In this document: positions 27,801-42,429 of the stretch, piece by piece
How the letters are laid out: each line of letters opens with the position of its first letter
Position numbering within the stretch: position 1 is the stretch's first letter
NCBI GenBank assembly: GCA_023213395.1
Contig: CM041465.1
Location: forward strand, 203,243,741 to 203,307,740
DNA from: Cycas panzhihuaensis
Taxonomy: Eukaryota; Plantae; Cycadophyta
Direction: 5' to 3'
Length of the DNA: 64,000 nucleotides
Position numbers and translations under genes: made by a program
Notes under the pieces: generated by a model
What the model was told of the DNA's origin: nothing
The model's input: only the letters and a program-made list of their open reading frames with translations
Databases searched by the model: none

Positions 27801-28550
27801 TCTTTTCTTAGGTTTACTTGATTCTCCCCTTTAAAGTTTAGCTCATTCACCACTATAGATACCATATCTTAACACCCTACCTAAGTTCCATCCTATCGAC
27901 TGAGTGCTAAAAAATCCTCTAATACCTAGAGCCCAAGCCCCCCCTCATGATCCATAGTTAAAGCATGAGGATTGACTAGCCACCATCATGGAGAACTCAT
28001 CACTTTCTATATCATTGTGCCATTTGCATGTTTTACTAGTGAAAGTTGAGGGTTAACCTTATTTAATCTTCTTAGAGTTCTCCACACCCATTTGGTATTT
28101 AGATCCATGAGTATTATTTGTTAAGTGTAATAGTGACTACATCAGTACTATGAGAGGTTATTTCCTCTATAATAGAGGAGATAAAACCACCCTGTATTAT
28201 CTCATAAGTGAATTATAAGGATACAAGTAGAAGTTCACTTTAGTCAAAGACTATTGAATACAATTAAATATTATCACTTCTTCATTAGCAAAGTTGGGTT
28301 CCCCTTTAATCAACGAGGAAATAGATCTTCTTTATTTACTTTGCTAAGGATTTTTTCTATTTAAATTTTCTCTATAACCTTGTTTTATTCAATGTTTATA
28401 TCAGTTATGTCTACTACTTTTAAATCAGGTTAGGTATATAATCTATATCTTTCTGATGTTTGAACTCTCTCCCCTAAATCCTATATAATATATTATCATG
28501 GAGGCCAATAAGAACCATCAAACTAGTTAGCCTAGATAAGCTCGTTTCAA

Positions 28551-28599
28551 CCCCCCCCCCCCCCCCCCCCCCCTCTCTCTCTCTCTCACACACACACAC
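28551..28599. repeat. Compound microsatellite C23-(TC)n-(AC)n
   Basis: Read directly from the sequence. Confidence 0.95.
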
Positions 28600-29504
28600 T
28601 TCTTATTTCTCAAATAGTCACCTAGGAGTGTAATGTTCATTTAGTCTCCCTCTTTCCTAAAGGATCCTCTATAATTTTTTATTATGTTGTCAAGGTAGAT
28701 TGGAAAATACCCTTGTGCCCAAATTCGTTTATCATTTGCATTAACCTAATTTAATAAAATTTCTTAGAACCCCTAGGACTCTTTTATTTTCTTTTAGCCT
28801 ATTTCGTATCCAATTTGCTTGAGTCATGTCATATCAAATCACTTGAGTCAATTGAGTCTTAATAAATCATATTGAATCATCATTTAGTTATAAAGAAAAT
28901 ACAAAAATATGGAGCCAACTCCATTCTTATATTAAATTGAGTCAAATAACATATCGTCAAAGGGCTCACGATACTATTGAGTCCAACTTGAGAGACTCCC
29001 ATTACTTATGTAGTTGCTGAGTTAGCATCACTCTAGTTTGCTTGTGTATACATTAAGATGGCCTTATCTCCTAATCCATTTCCTAGGGAGTCTCTCACCC
29101 TTTTCATCAATGTTTCATCTTCATAAGCATTAATCATTTTCATCTATAGTAATAATGACCCCCTTTTTTTAATACTTCTCTATTATTTTAGTTTTCAGTA
29201 GCATATGTTTTCTATTCAATTATAGTAGTTCACTTTTTTTATGTGGATATCTTTTTTACTTTACTTTTAGGTAGTATCACTTCCATTCTAGCCTTTACAA
29301 TAAATCTCATCTTTAAGTCAATTCTAGTGGTACATATTTATAGTGGTAAACCTTTACATCCACTTTTAGCTACACCTTGATAGCTAATATTTCTAACTTC
29401 AAGAGCCTTAAGTTTTGGCTATAATCTTCTAATGATGTATCTTCTTTTGTGTTGATTCCAATGATATATTTTAGTAGCTGATATCTTTTTCTACTCTAAT
29501 TATG

Positions 29505-29864
29505 GTAAAATCTATGACCCAAGTTTTATAGGGCATTTAAAGTACATAAAAGAATTAGTGAAGTAGCATATCAATTCAAGCTTCCATAAGGCCAAATACA
29601 TAACACATTTTATATATCATGCTTTAAGAAGAAAATTAGGGATAATGTTATACCTTGATCAACCTACTTGGAATTAGATGAACAAGGATCCTTGGTCACA
29701 CAATTGGAAGAAATCACTAACATCATAATAAAGCACAACAAATATTTCGTAAAGTGGAAGGATATAGAAACTGAAAATGTGACATAGGAAAATAAAGACT
29801 AGTGATAACAAAACTTACAAGTTTCAATGCTTTGAGGGTAAAACATATTTTAATGGCAGGGGTT
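29505..29864 (+). pseudogene. pol: Chromovirus (Reina-like) integrase C-terminus: GPY/F motif + chromodomain, followed by PPT and LTR start
   Basis: Translation PKFYRAFKVHKRISEVAYQFKLP*GQIHNTFYISCFKKKI...LDEQG...KYFVKWKDIETENVT*E. PPT-like ggcaggggt is followed by tgttat at 29865. Confidence 0.8.
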
Positions 29865-32800
29865 TGTTATGTTTTTTAAATTGTGATGACTAACTTAGGG
29901 TCTACCTAATACACTTTTTTATTTAAAATCTTGGCATAAGGAGTAAAACACATCTTTTTAGATGAATTATTTTCTTTAGTTGTGTCTATAGACAACATAT
30001 CAAGAGGTCCCATTACCTTAAAGAGGGCATTGTCATAAGATATTCTCTTTGTATCTACTTTATTTTCATAGTTTTTATTCATTTATTAGCAATTTTAGTT
30101 TGTTCAATATTTTCTTCAATTTATTATATGTGATTTGCACTATTGACCCCTACTATTTATAACATAATGGAATTAGAACATGGATTCTATTTATTAAAAA
30201 GTTATAATTGAAGCATTAATATGTGTTAATTATTGAATTACAATTGTCAAATAATAAGATGAAGATCAACAATTGGAACTAGAATATGAAACGGGAACTA
30301 AGGTTACTTAGTGTTGATATCAATTATATCAATTAATGAATTGAAGCTAAAATACAGGTACATGCTAATTATTAAACCATCTGGTAGAAACCTATCATTA
30401 TCATAAGAAATGGATTCATAATTACTATTAAGGACATTTGGTTAAAATAATATTTTTCATAAGATGTGCTACTAAAACCAGTGCAAAGAAAAAGAAGTTC
30501 ACTACCAATAAGTGTTATAATAGGTATGTTGTTAGAATAAGCATATAGTAACTACACTATTGAATGTGGAGTAGAGAATTAAAGAAGAAATTATGAGTCA
30601 AAACATGAGAAGTGAAACCATGTTATTAAATTTGTTGAAACCAAAATGGAGAAAGTGATTGCTTCAAAAGTTCTGCTAAAAATTAGATGAACTAATGTGC
30701 CTAAACTAGGATAACAATGAAGCATAGTATTGCTTAAATATTATGCTTTAGCTCTAGCAATAAGCTCTAAATACTTGTTTATAATGAGCCTTCTCACTGG
30801 TTATATTTATTACTTTAAATTGCCATAAGGTAATAATTTACTTATCATTCTTATGAGGAGGCAGATTTTATATTTACTTGAAAATATAAGACATGCCCGT
30901 ACCCATTAATTCATTTTTATTATATATGAGACATGAGGTTAGGACTTATCCAACCCATTATTACCCAAATATATTTTTGTTATTTCACATATGCATTATG
31001 TTTATTGGTATTGGATGGACATTTTAATAACTTTATACTCCACTCTGAATGCTAGCAACCACATCAATGATATATCATCAATCGATAGTAACATATAATC
31101 TCAAAAAAACACAATTCCATACTTCAAATTACCCTTCCAGTCCATGTTACTCATATTGCCTTGATTTTGATGTTGATTATTTTCACATCACTTTGAAATG
31201 GATTCTACTTCACTTGGTTCATGCATGTCAACTAGTTCTTTTCTAAATTACTTACAAATGGAACCTTCCTTACTTTATTCATGCATCTAAATTGATTCCT
31301 TGCTTGGTTTATATATCTCAATTGGTTCTTCTCTAATTTTCCCATAACTATATTCTACAATGTCAAACTTTTGATATTTGTCCCTAACTCTTGTGAAGGA
31401 CTCATAAATGTGTTTATCCTAACACTAATCTTGCTACTCTTGAATCATTTTACTAAAGTTTATGGGGGGGAGGGGGGGGGGGAATGCTTAAGAAGCATTT
31501 CTAAGAATATTTTTTGAGTGTGATGGTGTAAAGTAGAAAACCACTCTAAGGAGCCTCACCATCCAAATATAACTAAAAAATCTAATCAAAATTTCCTTTT
31601 AATGTTTGAGGTGTGAAAGTAAAATGTGCTTTCAATTATATCCAACCATTCTATAGTTCAAACCTTCTTTCCCCAAGTAAAAACTAGAGTATCTATGTTA
31701 AATATAAATATTTATGAAAATTTTACAAAACTAATTAGTTAACAAGAAAGAGTTTACCAATTTTTCTTAAAAAGTTACTAAAAATTTATAGAAAATTTGC
31801 AACAAAATAGGCCTTTATTATCAAAATTAGAATAACTTATATTCTAACTATAAAAACTAAATCGAATACTCTTTTATAGAAATATAAAAATAACATGCTT
31901 TGAATAAATTTAGTTTGAGGTGATTTAAAAACCTATAGCATATGTAACAACCTCTTGAAGTCAATCAAAATTTAAGGTTTTTGTAGACATTAGCAATACC
32001 TATTACTAATATGCTAATAACTTTCAATTTTAATACCTAATTTAGCTTAGACCACTTCTAATAAAATGTAGACTTCAAAGCACACCTAGTTTAAAAAAGA
32101 TTTAATGTTAATCAAATAATTACAACCCTATGTGATCAAGTAAATTTGTAATAGTAAAATTTCAACCATACAATGAGCAATAGATAATAGGCCAAGATTA
32201 AAACCTCATAGATTTTATAATTTTACTCCAAAACTTGTAGTATAGCCACTTAAAATTTATGGCATGAGTTTATTCATCTCAAATTTATAGTTGATTTATC
32301 TAGATTTAATTATTTATACCCTTGGAATTGTAAATATTTAATAAAAATCTAATTATCCAAAACCATATTTTGATACCACTTACTACAATTTGAAGGGAAC
32401 AATAATGCAAATTACATAGAAAAAATTAAAGAAGAAAATGCTAAATAGACTAAAATTACTAATAAATAAATGGAATTTATGAAAAGAAAATAGATGCAAG
32501 GAGAATATCCTGCGATATTATCATCTTCAAGGTGAGGGGACCTCTCAATCTACTGCATGCAAACACCACTACAGAAAATAATTCACCTAAAAAACATGTC
32601 TTTTACTCCTTATGCCAAGCCTTTAGATAAAGAAGTGTATTGGGAGGACCCCAAGTTGATTGCCCCAGTTCAAGGAACATAACACATTGTTGGGTCCTAA
32701 TTTTATATTTTCCAAATTTGGTCACCCTCATTTGAAAACCCTCTTTTTATCTTAATTCATGGTTTATAAAACTTTAATTATGATATAATTCATTATAGTT

Positions 32801-33791
32801 TAGATTTATGACTCATCACCATAGGCATATCCTTTTCTCAATATTTGATTAATTTGACCAATAGATTAACAACTCCAAATCAACTTTGTTGTCTTTTGTC
32901 TAATACCAAAGTACTTAACAATCTTTGACTTTAGCATTAAAGAGTCAACTTGCTTTAGAAGGTGATAGCTAGCTTCCAACTTTACACACACTTCTAATAA
33001 GTCCAAATTATTTTAGTATTGACAAAGACAATACAAATAGGTTAGAGGTTCCATGTTTCAAAGTTTTAAATATATCTTAAAGATTTAATGGTGAATAGGC
33101 TTAGTATTTCATTCATTTTAGACATCCCAAGCTTCTTTAGATTATAATACCAAGTTTATACCATTAGTAATTTTAGATCCTTTTGGCATTCATATGGCTA
33201 GTGCATGTGTTCAAAGATTAGATGTAATAAAGCCTTTAATAGTGTTTTGACATGGGTACTTGACTTTCATTATTTCAAGGGTAAGGGTCATTATTTAATT
33301 CTATCTTTACTTTAATAGTTTTAGATGTTTCCAACATTGCCAAACCTAATTCAAACGATCCAATGGTAGTATTAAAGACTATTCTATATTTTTAGCTTTC
33401 GAGTTCATTAAGGATTTTTAGAGATTCTCAGTGTGGACATCTTTAGCCTTCACCAGACTTTAATTCCTAAGAGGCATACATTGATACATGTGCATGCTAT
33501 TATATATTTTATACTCTCTTCTAAGGTATTTTCATGTATTTTTAGGCCTTCAATGCTTCTTAGTGTAGTCTCTTAATTTATGCAACTTTAATTTATGTTC
33601 TTTTTATTTATTTAAGGCTATTTACACCATGTATTTGGGGTTTACCCCTCTTCAATATTTGGCTCTAAGCTACCTCTTATGTTCATATGATGAGGAATTC
33701 AAGTTGCTAAGTGATTAAGAGCTAAAGGATGGTCATCCACTTCCCAACAGATGCATGACTAGTGGTCAATTAATCTACCAATTGCCCAAAA

Positions 33792-33794
<3 letters not shown>

Positions 33795-33872
<78 letters not shown>
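33795..33872. repeat. (TA)39 microsatellite
   Basis: Perfect TA run. Confidence 0.98.
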
Positions 33873-33878
<6 letters not shown>

Positions 33879-36800
33879 TATATGGGTTTTATGAAAATGT
33901 GATCTCCTACTAGATTTGACCTAAGGCTCTAGTGATTCTTTTTTCCTTCAAGTAATTTTCAAAGGCTAATCTAACGAGGTGTCAACATTTGGTAATGTAC
34001 CCTAATTACGCTATGTTTGCTAGCATATCATATTTACTTCACATGAGAGGAGAGAGAAAGCATATATGATGAATGAGGACATATAACATAGAATGCATGA
34101 GAAGGATGTGGAGAATTGGAACTATGAGGACTAACATATGCTAGCATCAATGATTAGAGTGCCTTTAAGCATATCATGTTTCTTTCATATAAAAAGAAAA
34201 TTAGTATCTATGTTAATATGGGATTGATAAACTATGTTTAATATTTAATTAATTATATTTGCATCTAACCCTCTCTAATATCGTGTCTCCCTTATATTGT
34301 TACAAATGTATAACATCCTTTAGATCTATTACATTATCTTTAGATTACATGGGAATTCTAACTTTTCTTTGTATTTATTCCTGTTCCTCTTGTCATGCTG
34401 TCTAAAACTGCCAGCACCTTAGTATTAATTCAAGATAAGGCAAGCCTTTGATTTCTAAGTTATTGTTGGTATACTATCAAAGAGGATGGAAACTAAATGT
34501 ATTGCCTTTTGTTGCATATCATGGCTAACACCATTCATACGATCTCAATTAATATTAAGTTCAACATAGGAGTTGCCTTCTTTACTTGGGGGATCATAAG
34601 AAATGACTATTATATCGTGGATGCCTAACAAGCCACCAAAGTGCATGCTTGTTATTCAAATATTTTCTTCTTTTTGACATCATTCCCATTAAACCAATAA
34701 TGTATGAGTCAAACATCATAATTGATCGGTTTCCTCCTAACCTACATGTGAATGCCCTTAGCACATTAGAACCCAAAAAGGCATTGCAAGCTTATCATTT
34801 CCTATTTTACTAATAATAATATCCACTTTCATTATTTCTCTTCTCTTGTCTTATCATTGTTGAAGAATTTAATGTTTGCTAGGATTATAACTTTGAGTTA
34901 TGAGCCTCCTCATTTATGAGTTGCACACTAGGATTTATTATTATTATTATGATGGAATGATGAGTTACTAAGGGTTATTCAACATTCCACACAAGTGTCA
35001 CTTTAGGTGATTGTAAATGTCCCTTTATAGTTGTTTATGTGCATGTTGATTATACATGAAAATTTTTAATTAGAATAAGAATGACATGAATTAAATGGAT
35101 TTCAAAAACCCTTTTTTTTAGTGTATTTTATATTTATCCATCTTAGTTAGATCCTAGTTTGAATTTCAACATGGTATTATCACATGTTAGGTGCATGTTT
35201 ACATAAGATTAAGTGCATGTTTGTATAGAATTAGGATTTGTTATGAACTATTTAGAATCTAGTTTTTAGTGGGTTATGTTCATAGGAGCAAATTACTATT
35301 GAATTTTAGTTTAGTTTAAGATCAAATGAGGAATTTTTATGAACACTTAAGGCTTAAACTATAGTTTTTCTAGTCTATTCATGTTTAAAATTCCAATTAT
35401 TCTTCATTGCATATTATATACATGTTGTAAGACTTAAGTGTTGTAGGTCTGCATGCAATTACAATAATAGTGGTAGTATTTATGGTGTAGAGATGCTTAC
35501 CTAAAGGTCTATTTTCAAACACAAACTTCTAAAAACTATTGAGCAAACATAAATAATTATTATCTTCAAAGGGGAGACATTGTAGAATATATTGAAGATA
35601 CCTATTCATATTCAATTGCTTTTCAAAGTCCTTTGAAACCCTTCCAGAACACATGAAATCAACATGTAGAAACCCACTTGAAAACACATATGTAAACCAT
35701 TAAAACACATGTAGATACTACAATAAATAAAATAAAATAATACTACATGGAAAACTCATTCAATATGTAGATAGATTTTTTGTGGGTAGACTTGAGCTAA
35801 AAAAATAGACATTATTGCAAGTGTTTTTAAAGGTGAAGCAAGGTTAAAGAGGTAATAAGTATTTAAGCTAAATGAGTAATTTAAATTAGATATTAAACCC
35901 TATTTGAAAGAGGCCATTAGAGTAACACCCCTTACAAATAAAAATCAAGGAAAAAAATATCCTGTGACGTTTTTGAAAAAAGAAAAAAAAAAAAAAAAAA
36001 AGAGTATGTTCAATGTGTTGAGTTATTGTCCATTGAAGAAGAAATGGTAGTTGCCATTAGAGGTTATTATTGAGAAAAAATTAGGGGATGAACACCATAA
36101 AGTATACACCATTGTTAGGTGAAAACATTGATTAAATGCCATTAAACAACCATAGTAAGGAAATCCATCCACCAAGAGATTACACGCAAATGCCTTAAAA
36201 ATCTTACCATGAGCTAGGAAGGAGTGGAGCAAGTTTGAATGTAAATATTAAACACCAAGTAAAGCATAAGAGCAAACACGCAAATGCATCATGTTCACAT
36301 GCATTGGTGTAGAAGGATGAATAGTTAATAAAGTAAGAAATGGCATGTAAATACATCAAAATCCATGCAAAAACACTACAAATATAAGATACATATGTTG
36401 TCACCAATGAGATTTAATCCAATCAATAAGAAAGGAGGCAAAAGAATCAATCAAAATGCCTAAAAATTTGAGAAATATAAGAGGTAACAAATATTCTATA
36501 GAATATTAAATTTTAAAATATTGGATTGAAGTTATTTTCTAATTTCTACTGTTCTTGATACATTAAAGTGATTTCCATAAAATTTGAAATCCACAGTGAA
36601 ACCCCCTACATCTCACCCCTTAATCACATGGAGCATGAAGTGCTAAGTCAATTTCTAGCTTACCTGGCATTCATTTTTTGAAATTGAATCAACTACACCA
36701 CTCTATTTTTCAAGTAGTTTCATTCTACAGTGATCTCTTAGACCACTTATATACCTTTTGTTGAAAAAATTTGTAAAATATATATTTTTGACTTAATTCT

Positions 36801-36942
36801 AACTACTTGTGAGTAGATCAAGGAAGTGAAATGGTACATTTTAGCTATCTACATAACAATTAAAGAGTTTGAGCAACATATTTAGCTTATTTATGTACCT
36901 TTTTTCACTATTTTTTAGTTCTTTTTTATGTGATATTATAAA

Positions 36943-38420
36943 ATGGCTAGTGGGGATGGTATAATGACTTCTATAACAGAATAATTAATTGGTTATAACA
37001 ATTATACTACATGGAAATATCAGATATTTAGCTTTCTACTTTTAAATAATTTGTGAAAGTGTGTAGATAACTCTATAATAGATAAAAATCCTATTGAAAT
37101 CATTGTTATCACAATAAAACTTAAGGATGATGCTAATTTTAAAGTCGAATATGATGCTAAAATGCATATAACATTTGGTTTTCTAAACTTATCTATCAAC
37201 AATAGCTTCATTGTAAACATCTAAGACACCACTACCCTTAAGAAAATATGGCATACATTCATCTACTTGTTCAAATACAAGGATGATACAAGAGACCTAA
37301 AGTTGAAGAGTTGTATAACTTGAAGCTACTAGGATTGATGATTAATTATTTATGGCATGTGAAAGTTATCCAAGATCAGTTGACAACCATTGGAGAGACC
37401 CCACCTAATATAAATATTATAGCTTGCATCTTATAGAATCTACTAGCTACATATGAGAATTTCACAATCACTTTGATACTATTTAGTAAACTATCCATTT
37501 TAACATTCAGTTCCCTAGAATTTTTGCTTCTGGGGCATGAATAAAAGTTGAAGGACTTAAATAGAAAGTCATTTGGAGCATAGACATCTAATCAAAGGGT
37601 AAGAAGTTGTATATTCCTAAGAGAAGCACTTCTTCTAAATGTAATGTTTAAAAAAATAAAAAATTAAAAAAAAAAAACTAGGAAGTTTAAATGGATAATA
37701 TAGAGTGAAGTGCTTCCATTATGGAAAGTTGAGGCACGGACAGAAAGACCATTCAAAATTATAGAAACAACAACATCAATAGCAATAGCCATAGCAACAA
37801 CCTTAACAACAATAATAACAAAGATAACAATATCCTTTTGAGCAAAGAGGACATGTTACAAATGTTGCAAAGATTCCACCTATTTATACAATAAAGGAAC
37901 TCTTCATTATTATGCATAAAATAAGGTTTGATATATATTAAGTTTACTTCATTAATTTTGGTACATTGAGAGATATGACTAACAGGCTAGAATGGTTTGA
38001 TGAGATGTGGAAAATCATTCAAATAGTCACCATTTGAGATTATACAAATCTAACGGTAGTTGAAATTGAAGACACGCCCTTCATCATACCAAATAGAGAG
38101 AGTTAATACTTGGAAAATGTATTTTATATGCTTAATTTGAAGGTTAATCTTATTTTAATAAGTAAAATTGAATAACAAAATATGACTATAATGTTTGCTC
38201 GAGAATAGTGCATAATCTAAGATAAACGAAACAAAGTCGTAGCAAAAAGAACTAGAGATAATAATTTGTATAAACTACAAAGAAACTCTAAAGTACAAAG
38301 AGCATTCCTTGTTGTATCTCCAAAATAGAAACTATGGCATAAATATCTAGGATATTTGCACTACTATAGTCTTCAGTTAACGTATAAATTGAAAATAGTA
38401 AATAGTTTTCCTTTAAATCT
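36943..38420 (+). pseudogene. gag-pol: Truncated Ty1/copia gag-protease-preintegrase relic
   Basis: MASGDG...GYNNYTTWKYQI at the start, then TTTLKKIWHTF. Knuckle relic VKCFHYGKLRHGQKDH at ~37705, protease relic FINFGTLRDMTNRLEWF at ~37950, and KLWHKYLGYLHY at ~38330. Homology is lost after ~38420. Confidence 0.8.
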
Positions 38421-40757
38421 TCTCTTTAATATGAAGAGAGATATGATGTGATCAAGGTATTTAAGTTACCCAATAATTAATAGCATTATATAACTTACTT
38501 AATTTAATCAAAATTGATTTAATAAATTGGTTTTAAAAACCCAATTTATTGCCACATTACTAATCTACATTAACCTTCATTTCATAAATAAAAACATCAT
38601 GTTTACCTGTATATATCAACAATCAAAGTATTAAACTACCTTCACCTAGCCAACCTCAATCTAATATGTAATTAATAATCTCTAAATACTCTTGCTTTCT
38701 TCTTTCTTTATGACTAATTGAATCTTTGACCTGTAATGTATTATCAAGCCATATACATTTTTAGGACTCTTTCTTGGAAGTGAATGATATACATCAAGTT
38801 GCCATCTATCTTCTAAATCAAGTTGTTATTTAGTTGCTTAATTTATAGATCTACTTGATGATTCTTCACGATTTATGCCTATTTTCATTCTCATAAGCAA
38901 CAAATTCTCATGAGTAGTCTGACAGGAAGGCCTCCTCCTACTCTATCCAATTGTGTAATCATCTTCATTATATGAAGCCTCAATAAACTCCATATTACTA
39001 TTCACCTCATTGTTGAATCAGAATATATACCTATGTCTATTCTCTAACACTTTAATTTCTCCTTTTAAGGAAGAAATCAATAGCACTTAATTGCTAATGT
39101 TGAATTTTCATCTATTGGCAACTTGATTAATGGTGTGATCTTTGATCTATGATGCTCAAATGATCTTTTGATTATTGCAGTACCTTATCTCTATGCTTTA
39201 TGGTTTAGCTTACACCTAATACTAGCCACATATGAGTCCTATTTTAGGCTTAAGGTTGGTGTCTTGTCCCTTCTACCCTGCACTTAATAATTATCATTAT
39301 TTTATCTTGATTCGTGGTAACATTAGCTTTCATTTTTGTTTTTACTCAATATTAATATTAATATATTTGGTTCATTATTCCTAGTTTGAGCATGATGATA
39401 ATCTCTGGTCTTTTCTAGTCTTCATTTTTTAACCTTGCATGGATAGATGTGTGACAATCTTCTAATGCTTATAGAAAAAAAAAAAAAAACATAACAACCA
39501 CCTTGCATCCACATCTTTGCATCAAATTTTTAAATGTTGTATATTCATCATGTCTTTCATTTATTACAATCCCTCTTTTTAATATTTATATTTCAAAAAG
39601 AGTGTTATATAATGGTTTATTCATTTTAAGCTTGTAAATTGAATGATGGTGCCTTCAAATCTAATAGTATAATTGCATTTGAAGGGGCCTTCTAAAAAAA
39701 ACGAAGCAATAGCACTCCATTTTTTTCAAAATAGAATGGGGAAATGGGGTCCCTTGAAAATTTTCTATTTCCCTTGCTCCTCCTCCTTCCTCTAAACATA
39801 TGTCAAATTGATGGCTCTAATTTTAAAAAAATTCAATGATGGCAGGTTAAAATTGTGAAGATGGCAGCATCACTTCTTACAGTGGAGGTAAAATCTTATT
39901 ATGGTAAGATCACTTCTTATAGTGATGGGATCAATTTTAATTTATTCAAATAAATTCTATATCATTCTAGTGAAACCTGCTCAATGTAGGCCCCCCTCTT
40001 CTTCTCGTTGTTGGGAGATATTTTTTTGAACATTTCTGTTACACAAGAATTGTAGAAGATTCTTTTGATCCATGTCACCCCTACTTTTTTGTGTTCATAG
40101 GACCGCCTACTTTTCTGTGTTCCCTCCTTTTTTGGAGTGTATCCCCCCTCCATGGGATTTCACTATAAAAGTAAGACACTTTATTTTAATAGCTCTAAAG
40201 CTACATTTTCATAATATAAAATTATAATCTTTAAGAGTTTAAATATTCATTATTTAAATATTAATTCTTGGGGGGAATAAGTTATCCCTTTGGTAAATAG
40301 AAGAATCAAGGGTTTGAGTCTCATTGACTCATCCTTCATAAAACTTACATACATACATTAGTTTAATTAGGTTTTTGTTTAATTTCCTTTTTATTTCTTT
40401 TATCTTTCACTTATGTTTTAAATAATATTATTTGATTCACTTCAAAGTATAAGCATACCATATTCTCAATTGATTTTGAATGGACGACTGAGTAAACAAC
40501 TACATGAATTTATACATTTCAAATCACACTTATCTTAAAGTGAAAATTTACCATGAATTTTGTTTTGCTTTGAATATAAATAACATTCATTTAACTTTTA
40601 AACTAAAAATAAAACCATTTTATTCATAACTCTTATTATATTATTTCATTTAGATTAAGGCACATTTATACTAGATTTATAATCAAATTTATAATGAATA
40701 TTAGAGCTATTAAATCTAAATAAATATTTACCTAGAATTGCAAAATTTTGAAGGTAA

Positions 40758-41688
40758 TATATGTGGGCAAAACTGCATACAATTTTGAAAAAGAATTTTG
40801 AAATTATGAAAGATTACAGATAGATGTAGTTAGGTTGTGAACTGATTATAGTTAAGCTATGAGCAGATTGTAGTTGGGAGGGGGGGGAGGGGGGTGACTA
40901 TGAGTAGATTGCAGTCAGATTATGATTGCAAGTAAATTGCAATTCAAATCATAAGTACAAGAAAATCGTAGTTAAGGTCATGATTAGGAGCTGGGTATAT
41001 TAGCCATGAGTAGATTATAGTTTGGGTTGCGAGTGCGAGCATATCAGAGTCGTGGTCGAGAGTGCAAGTAGATCATAGGTGGGGTTGTAAGTTCACGTCA
41101 TGATTATGAGTAGATTATAGTTTAGATCATGATTATGAGCAAATTACAGGTTAAGTCATGGTTGCAAGCTGATTGTAGCCCAAGTTATAAGTTCGAGCTA
41201 CTTACAGTTGGGGTCATAAGTATGAGTAGATCGTAGTTAAGATCATGAGTGGATCATAGTTAGAACATAGTTACAAGTAGTTCCTAATTAAGGATTATAA
41301 TCCAAGAGTAATTTAGATGTATTTTTTAGTATAAATTGATGTAATGAGGGAGAAAGCCAACCATTGTCAGTTGTTCTAGGTTCTAACTAATTGTGGTTAA
41401 AACCACTGGAATGTCATGAATAAATAAAAAAATAAAAATGGGACAATGTAAAAAGGGGTATATGCGAGAGGGAAAAGACTTGAGTATCATTTTTCAAGAA
41501 TCTCATTGTTATAGGCTTGACTTGTTAGCTAACTTTCTGTGTATTATTAAGTCTACATTTGGTTGTGAGAGGACCAGAGGTAGTTTTCTATCTCTAATGA
41601 TAATATATTTTACATCATGATGGGTGTTCCTTGTGCTTACCTTATTCATTAGTGAATGACTTGTAGATGAATAAGTGCACAACATACA
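40758..41688 (+). repeat. Gypsy 5' LTR (931 bp) with an internal ~22-31-bp tandem array
   Basis: tatatgtggg...aacataca termini. gagyagatyryagty units at ~40820-41300. Homologous to 58765-59673. Confidence 0.92.
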
Positions 41689-41689
41689 T

Positions 41690-41702
41690 TAGTTTCGTTG
41701 CC
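41690..41702 (+). other. Gypsy PBS, tRNA-Asp-like (eroded)
   Basis: tagtttcgttgcc immediately 3' of the LTR. Confidence 0.6.
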
Positions 41703-42429
41703 TAATAAAAGTCAGGTGAATTAAAATGCCATAATGGGTAAAGTTGAGTAAACGATTGAGTCCTCTTCCATACCACCCAGGGTAGAAATAGAATCAGAAA
41801 GAGAATGCAGAGAGCATTAGGATAAGGAGAGACTACAGACATGAGTAAGAAAGCTAAGATTTATAATCAGGCTAAAGAAATAAGTGAAGATGTGACCACT
41901 TACTAACTCGATTAGAAGAGGAAACTTGAGTGTCGAAGATGAAAGGCAAATAGAGGCAAAGATAATTGGAGAGCTTATCAAAGAAAAGATTATACAAGTT
42001 GTGGATAACTAAGGGTATGCATTGGAAGAGGATCCCATTAAAATAGAAGCCTAAAAGAGGAAAAGTAAGGAGGAACCTGTCAAGGATTCACCATCTCAAG
42101 AAGGTAAAAGTGGTTTAATTGAATTAGAATTATACGGTACAATAGATAGGGAGTGGAACCATCATTAGTTAGAAGTCAAAACCCCTTTGAGTCATATTTA
42201 AATCCTCTTTTCAAGTCGACAATGGTAAGTCTAAGAGGGAGCATAGGAGGTAGAAGCCTACCATTAGGGGAGAACTTGCGGGGTGGAGGCCTATTGTCAA
42301 ACTAGTCACTTTTTACTAATGCAGGAGGAAGTGGTAATCAACCATTATGTAGAATGGGTTAATGAATTAAAGAAGGACCAGTTGTACCTTATATCTTTGT
42401 ACGAAATGATTTGGATTTTTCAAGTATAT

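Noticed and set aside
25000-28500. Possible Tat/Ogre pol or 3' UTR debris
   Set aside because: Too decayed; I could not read a convincing domain motif.
31461-31490. G-run resembling a PPT plus LTR start (also 35568-35585)
   Set aside because: No associated LTR pair or upstream pol found.
32369-32900. PBS-like ttttgatacca followed by a possible minus-strand LTR
   Set aside because: No second LTR, TSD or coding domain could be matched.
33900-36900. Host-gene exons
   Set aside because: Short ORFs without recognisable motifs or a consistent exon structure. A small exon within a giant intron cannot be excluded without RNA data.
40161-40170. CACTA-like terminus (cactataaaa)
   Set aside because: No matching opposite TIR, subterminal repeats or transposase.
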